This document shows positions 58,476 through 64,000 of a DNA stretch of 64,000 bases, piece by piece. The notes below the pieces were generated by a model. That model did no database searches, had not been told where the DNA came from, and was given only the letters and a program-made list of their open reading frames with translations. Position numbers and translations under genes: made by a program. The stretch is from Malacoraja senta (lineage: Eukaryota), in contig CM075992.1 in assembly GCA_038087875.1 (NCBI GenBank), positions 2,730,001 to 2,794,000 of the forward strand, read 5' to 3'. Numbering within the stretch: position 1 is the stretch's first letter; every line of letters begins with the position of its first letter.

Positions 58476-58890
58476 GTTCAGTTTAGTTTATTGTCACGTG
58501 TACAGATGTACAGTGAAAAGCTTTTGTTGCGTGCTAACCAGTCAGCGGAAAGACAATACATGATTACAATCGAGCCGTCCACAGTGTACAGATACATGAT
58601 AAGGGAATAACGTTTAGTGCAAGGTAAAGCCAGCAAAGTCTGATCAAAGATAGTCCGAGGGTCACCAATGAGGTGGATTGTAGTTCAGCACTGCTCTCTG
58701 GTTGTGGTAGGATGGTTTAGTTGCCTGATAACAGCTGGGAAGAAACTGTCCCTGAATCTGGAGATGTGCGTTTTCACACTTCTGTACCTTTTGCCTGATG
58801 GGAGAGGGGAGAAGAGGGAGTGGCCAGGGTGAGACTGGTCCTTGATTATACTGCTGGCCTTGCCGAAGCAACGTGAGGTGTAGATGGAGT
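58476..58890 (-). mobile_element. Rex/Babar-type LINE 3' end
   Basis: KASSIIKDQSHPGHSLFSPLPSGKRYRS..RFRDSFFPAVIRQLN; CTAAA/CTGAA-type tail. Confidence 0.85.
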
Positions 58891-59224
58891 CAGCTGACAG
58901 ATCCCTACTGACCATTACTCATCTACGCTCGTCCCATTTTATTATTTCCAAATTCTTCTGAACCTCCCACCCCACCCTGAATCTTCATCCCCCCCCCCCC
59001 CACTCATCCACACTAGGGCCAATTAGCCTACAAATCTGCACATCTTTGAGATGTGGTAGGAAACCGGAGCACCCAGAGGAAACCCACGCATTCACTCATT
59101 ACCATCTGTAATGGTGACCATGGATTGTCATAAGGACTCTCTGGTTCATTGAAGTCGACCAGGAAAGGAGGTTTGCTCTCCTTACCTGATGTGGCTTCAG
59201 ACAGTGGCTGTGTAGTTGGCTCTT

Positions 59225-59497
59225 TTAGTTTTAGTTTAGAGATACAGCGTGGAAACAGGCCCTTTGGCCCACCGAGTCCGTGCGCGACCAGTGATCCCCG
59301 CGCACTAACACTATCCGCCACACACTCGGGACAATTTACAATTTTACCGAAGCCAATTAACCCACAAACCTGTACGTCTCTGGAGTGTGGGAGGAAACCG
59401 GAGCACCCGGAAAAAAACCCACGCAGGTCACGGGGAGAAAGTACAAACTCCATACAGACAGCACCCGTAGTCAGCATTGAACCCAGGTCTCTGGTGC
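59225..59497 (-). mobile_element. HE1-type V-SINE (head interrupted by a MITE)
   Basis: V-domain-like block and tail; head remnant near 59718-59732. Confidence 0.8.
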
Positions 59498-59503
59498 TGC
59501 CCC

Positions 59504-59717
59504 TGTCCCACTTAGGAAACCTGAATGGAAACCTCTGGAGACTTTGCGCCCCACCCAAGGTTTCCGTGCGGTTCCCAGAGGTTGCAGGTGGTTGCCGGAG
59601 ATTGCAGGTAGTGGAAGCAGGTAGGGAGATTGACAGGAACCTCCGGGAACCGCACGGAAACCTTGGGTGGGGCACAAAGTCTCCAGAGGTTTCCGTTCAG
59701 GTTTCCTAAGTGGGACA
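59504..59717. mobile_element. MITE with about 80-bp terminal inverted repeats
   Basis: TGTCCCACTTAGGAAACCTGAA...GAGGTT is mirrored by AACCTC...TTCAGGTTTCCTAAGTGGGACA. Confidence 0.85.
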
Positions 59718-60437
59718 CCACCATGTCGCCCCAACAACCTCTACCATGTGTAGGAAGGAACTGCAGATGCTGGTTTACACCAAAGATAGACACAAAATAC
59801 CAGAGTAACTCAGCGGGTCAGGCAGTATCTCTGGAGAAAAGGAATAGGTGATGTTTCGGGTGGGAACCCTTCTTCAGACTGGAAGGGTCGTCTTCAGACT
59901 GGAACCGTCTGAAGAAGGATCCTGACCCGAAACATCACCTGTTCCTTTTCTCCAGAAATGCTGCCTGATCCGCTGAGTTACTCCAACACTGTGTCTATCG
60001 AAGATGTCTATGTGAGCTACTCCCAATTTCGTGTTGGAACCCTTCTTCAGGCTAAAGGATAAAGGTTGCGGGGGGGACTGGAGTTGAGAAAAGGCCAGAA
60101 CAAATCATGTTTTATCATGTTCAGTTTGTACATTATGGGCCATCTCCTCAAATTGTGCTTCTGATTTTATTTTTTGTGTTTTTGGAAGGAATTCTGTCCC
60201 TGATTTGTGTATTGGTCTTTATAACTTATTTTTTAAATTCTGATTATATGTTTCCTATAAATCTCTGTAAGGTGTCCTTGAGACCTCGGTATAAGGCGCC
60301 CGTAAATAAAATTCATTATTATTATTATTATCGTGCCTGTTCCTGTGCTGGACTGTTCCATGTTCTATCACTGGGAGTAATGCTTATTTACCTGATCGAG
60401 CCTCTCTATTCTATATTGTTTTGCTGCCTTGGACCAG

Positions 60438-60525
60438 GTGAAATCGATGCGTCTGAGATTCAGCAGGCTCTGTTGAACCTTGGCATTACGATCACACTGC
60501 AGCAAGCCGAGAAGATCTTGCTCAG
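60438..60525 (+). CDS. SLC25A23: SCaMC carrier exon 3
   Basis: accag|GT GAA...CTC AG|GTAAGA; (G)EIDASEIQQALLNLGITITLQQAEKILL(S), 88 nt. Confidence 0.92.
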
Positions 60526-61265
60526 GTAAGACTGGGAGAGGGGTAAACCAGGGATCTCCACCACCAACTTAGGCCGATTCACAAATACAATCCCCATCAC
60601 CATCTACCACCAGCAATGGGAAGGTGGTCATTGATGTTGGATAAGGCTGCATCCCCAGCCTCTCTGGCACCAGCAGCTGTGAGAGCGTTTATAGCTGCCA
60701 AAGTGAACAGACAATTTTGTCTTCCATCTGAGAAGCATGCACCTGTGACACTGTAACACTCAAGAGATTCAAGAGACATTTATTGTCACGTGCACCAATT
60801 GTTACAGTGAAATTTGGGGTCACCATCCAGCCATACGAATAAAAAAAGAACAAAACACGATAGTATTTTAACATAAACATCCCCTGCACAGCGGAATCAA
60901 AGTTCCCTACTGTGAGGGAAGGCCCAAAGTTCAGTCATCCTCCTCTTTGGTGTTCTTTGATGTGATTTTGCACACTCCATCGTAAGTGTGCAAAATAACA
61001 AAGTATTGTGTATTGTTCCCTCGTACCCGACACTATGATCATCTTTAGTGCTGATACTCAAAACTTACACTTGGGTCCCTGAGTGCATCCTCTTTCCAAC
61101 ATCACTGTACCCTCAGTACTGTGCCTCTAACAGTGCGGCACTCCCTCAGTACTGCCTCTCACAGTGTAAATGTGTAAATGGCATAAATGTACGAGGCAGC
61201 CACATCTAAGCAGTGTAATTAGTTGAATGAAACAGCTGTGTAAGTCCTAGCAATTCTCTGTCTCC

Positions 61266-61770
61266 TTGTGTGTGTGTGCCTGTGTGTGTGTATTTATATG
61301 CGTGCGTTTAAATGCGTGTGTGCGTGCTTGTATGCGTGTGTGTGCATACGCGCGCTTGTGTATGTGCGTGAGCGTACCTGTGTGTGTGTTTATATGCGTG
61401 TGTTTAAATGCGCGTGTGTTTATATGCGTGTGTGTGCGTGCGCACACTTGTGTAATGTCGTGAGCGTGCCTGTGTGTGTGTGTGTGTGTTTATATGCGTG
61501 TGTGTGTGCGTGCGCGCACTTGTGTATGTGCGTGAGCGTGCCTGTGTGTATATATGCGTGTGTGTGCGCACTTGTGTATGTGCGTGAGCATGCCTATGCG
61601 TGTGTGTTTATATGCGTGTCTGTGTACATGCATGTGTGTGTGCGTGCGCGCGCTTGTGTATGTGTGTGTGAGCATGCCTGTGCGTGTGTGTTTATATGCG
61701 TGTGTGTGTACATGCATGTGTGTGTGCGTGCGCGCGCTTGTGTATGTGCGTGAGCGTGCCTGTGTATACG
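61266..61770 (+). repeat. TG/CG-rich compound minisatellite
   Basis: Alternating purine-pyrimidine higher-order units such as GTGTGTTTATATGCGTG and GCTTGTGTATGTGCGTGAGC. Confidence 0.9.
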
Positions 61771-61908
61771 AAAGGTTGTGCGACACAAAAGCATTTGGAT
61801 GAGTTGAGATGGAGCAATGTTCACATTGGTTGTAGAGGATGCAACCATTTAGTGAAATACTATAATTGACACTGATTCCTCCGCTGGTTTCTCCTCTCTC
61901 CCACTAAG

Positions 61909-62020
61909 TATGGACAAGGATGGGACGATTACTGTGGACTGGACTGAATTTCGAGACCATTTCATCTTTAACCCGTGGTCGAAAATGGAGGAGATTGTGG
62001 AACACTGGAAACATTCGACG
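61909..62020 (+). CDS. SLC25A23: SCaMC carrier exon 4 (EF-hand 4)
   Basis: cactaag|T ATG...ACG|GTAAGA; (S)[37 protein letters not shown], 112 nt. Confidence 0.92.
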
Positions 62021-62689
62021 GTAAGACACGTGCCCAGCTTGGAGGATATTTAGTTTAGTTTGGTCTGGTTTAGTTGAGTTGAGTTGAGTTGATTTTGGTA
62101 CCATTTCAGGTTTGGTTCCTTCTGCACCACAATTAGTCTGAAGAAGGGTCCCGACCCGAAATGTCCCCATCCATATTCTCCAGAGATGCTGCCTGGCCCG
62201 CTGAGTTACTACAACAATTTGTGTCTTTTTAAAAAATCATTGCATACATGAGGACAATAGGTAACGCAGATAGAGAAACAGGACAGAATATTCACCTATC
62301 CATGTTACAGCTGTAGAGAAAGTGCAGATGTAAAAACTGCAAGGGCCACAACGAGGTAGGTTGGGAGATTGGGAATACGTACATCCACCCAAGAGAGTAA
62401 GTGGGGACTTACTTCAGCAGTCTGAAGAAGGGATCTGAGCCGAAACGTCACCCGTCCTTTTTCTCCAGAGATCCTGCCTGACCCGCTGAATTACTCCAGT
62501 ACTCTGTCTCAATCTCAGCGTAAATGTGGCTTCTCTTTAATGCTATGTGTGAAAAATTATACCGGTGACAGTATGCATTCCTTCAGTACTGCCCTTTAGT
62601 GATAGTCTGTACTTCTATGTGAAAGTCTCCACTGTGGGACTTTGACACCAACCTCCTGCTAAGAGACGAGAGTCTGAAGCTAACAGAGT

Positions 62690-63245
62690 CACAGAGTCAT
62701 ACAGCGTGGAAACAGGCCCTTCGGCCCAACTTGCCCACACTGGCCAACATGTCCCAGCTACACTAGTCCCACCTATCTGCGTTTGGCCCATATCCCTCTA
62801 AACCTGTCCTATCCATGTACCTGTCTAAATGTTTCTTAAATGATGTGATAGTCCCTGCCTCAACTACCTCCTCTGGCAACTCATTCCATACACCCACCAC
62901 CCTTGGCATTAAAAAGTTATCCCCCAGATTACAATTCAATCTTTTTCCCCTTCACCTTCAACCTATATCCTCTGGTTCTTGATTCCCCTACTCTGGGCAA
63001 GAGACTCTGTGCGTGTACCCAATCTATTCCTCTCATGATTTAATACACCTTTATTAGATCCCCCCTCATCCTCCTCTGCTCCAAGGAATAGAGTCCTAGC
63101 CTGCTCAAACTCTTCCTAGAGCTCAGACCCTCGAGATCTGGCAACATCCTCGTAAATCTTCTCTGCACCCTTTCCAGCTTGACACCATCTTTCCTATAAC
63201 ATGGTGCCCAAAACTGAACACAATACTCTAAATGTGGCTTCACGA
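62690..63245 (-). mobile_element. CR1 (HER1-like) LINE 3' part
   Basis: VKPHLEYCVQFWAPCYRKD..RVQRRFTRMLP plus a tail shared with HE1 SINEs. Confidence 0.9.
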
Positions 63246-63253
63246 ACGTCTTA

Positions 63254-63548
63254 GGCACGGTGGCGCAGCGGTAGAGCTACTGTCTTACAGCGCCAGAAAC
63301 CCGGCTTGGATCCTGACTATGTGGTGCTGTCTGTACAGAGTTTGTACGTTCTCTCTGTGACTGCGTGGGTTTTCACCGAGATTTTCGCTTTTCACCCACT
63401 CTCCAAAGATGTACAGGTTTGGAGGTTAATTGCCTTGGTATAATTGTAAATTGTCCCTAGTGTGTGTAGGATAGTGTTAATGTGCGGGGATCGGTGTGGA
63501 CTCGGCGGGCCGAACGGCCTGTTTCCGCGCCGTATCTCTAAACTAAAC
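63254..63548 (+). mobile_element. HE1-type V-SINE
   Basis: tRNA-like head, V-domain-like block and (CTAAA)n tail. Confidence 0.85.
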
Positions 63549-63791
63549 TGTAGTTTCTGAGTCATTCGTAACTGTCACTGTATGTCATGTTGTTACTTGT
63601 GGGTGGAGCACCAAGGCAAATTCCTTGTATGTGAATACTTGGCCAATAAACTTACTTACTTACTTACTTAAAAGACTTCATGCTTCTATGTCAGAGTTCT
63701 GACTGCCTTATACCCCAACACCAAGCCAACTCAAGGCTATTTAAATAAAATGATCCCTTTACCTGAACTTCCCAACCTTCGTTTTTTGCAG

Positions 63792-63950
63792 TTCCTGGAC
63801 ATTGGGGAATCGTTAACCATCGTGGACGAATTCTCGGAGACGGAGCGACTGACTGGGGTCTGGTGGCGGCAGCTCTTGTCAGGGGCCATTGCGGGCGCAG
63901 TGTCACGCACCTGCACTGCCCCACTAGACCGGCTGAAGATCTACATGCAG
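63792..63950 (+). CDS. SLC25A23: SCaMC carrier exon 5 (start of carrier domain, first PX[D/E]XX[K/R] signature); gene continues beyond the window
   Basis: ttgcag|TTC...[62 protein letters not shown], 159 nt. Confidence 0.95.
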
Positions 63951-64000
63951 GTGAGGTGGGCTCAGCCAGAGACAGGGAGGTCCCCTGGGTGACCTGCAGG

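Noticed and set aside
61247..61869. Cys/Val-rich and His/Thr-rich ORFs
   Set aside because: TG-rich compound repeat
937..63548. tRNA-like A/B-box sequences (GGTGGCGCAGCGGTAGAG...GGTTCGATCC)
   Set aside because: They are SINE heads continuing into V-domain and LINE-like tails, not cloverleaf tRNA genes

Overview
Repeat-dense vertebrate genomic DNA, very probably a cartilaginous fish (skate/ray-like; inferred from HE1-type V-SINEs, CR1/HER1-like LINEs and Penelope-derived units). Two genes can be built from GT-AG exons. CDC37 has 8 coding exons on the minus strand (26568..13270, about 377 aa). The first 5 coding exons of a Ca2+-binding mitochondrial ATP-Mg/Pi carrier (SCaMC family, most likely SLC25A23) lie on the plus strand from 49906 and run off the window. 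Each gene carries one single-base frameshift, either an assembly error or a real lesion. A GC-rich promoter/first exon with a ZNF143-type motif at about 5983-6302 starts another leftward gene (TYK2 is a synteny-based guess). CDC37 intron 2 holds a structurally complete but mutated 4.8-kb DIRS1-type tyrosine-recombinase retrotransposon, and intron 1 holds a 2.2-kb G-rich repeat. Less ordinary observations: two 24-30 bp hairpin insertions with 8-bp target duplications (hAT-like micro-elements); a Gypsy LTR plus tRNA-Leu PBS fused in reverse to pol; many Penelope-type units with minimal hammerhead cores; a multi-step local templated duplication; and a possible unannotated minus-strand spliced transcript between the two genes. 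Most ORFs in the supplied track are repeat-derived or spurious. Repeat boundaries are approximate.
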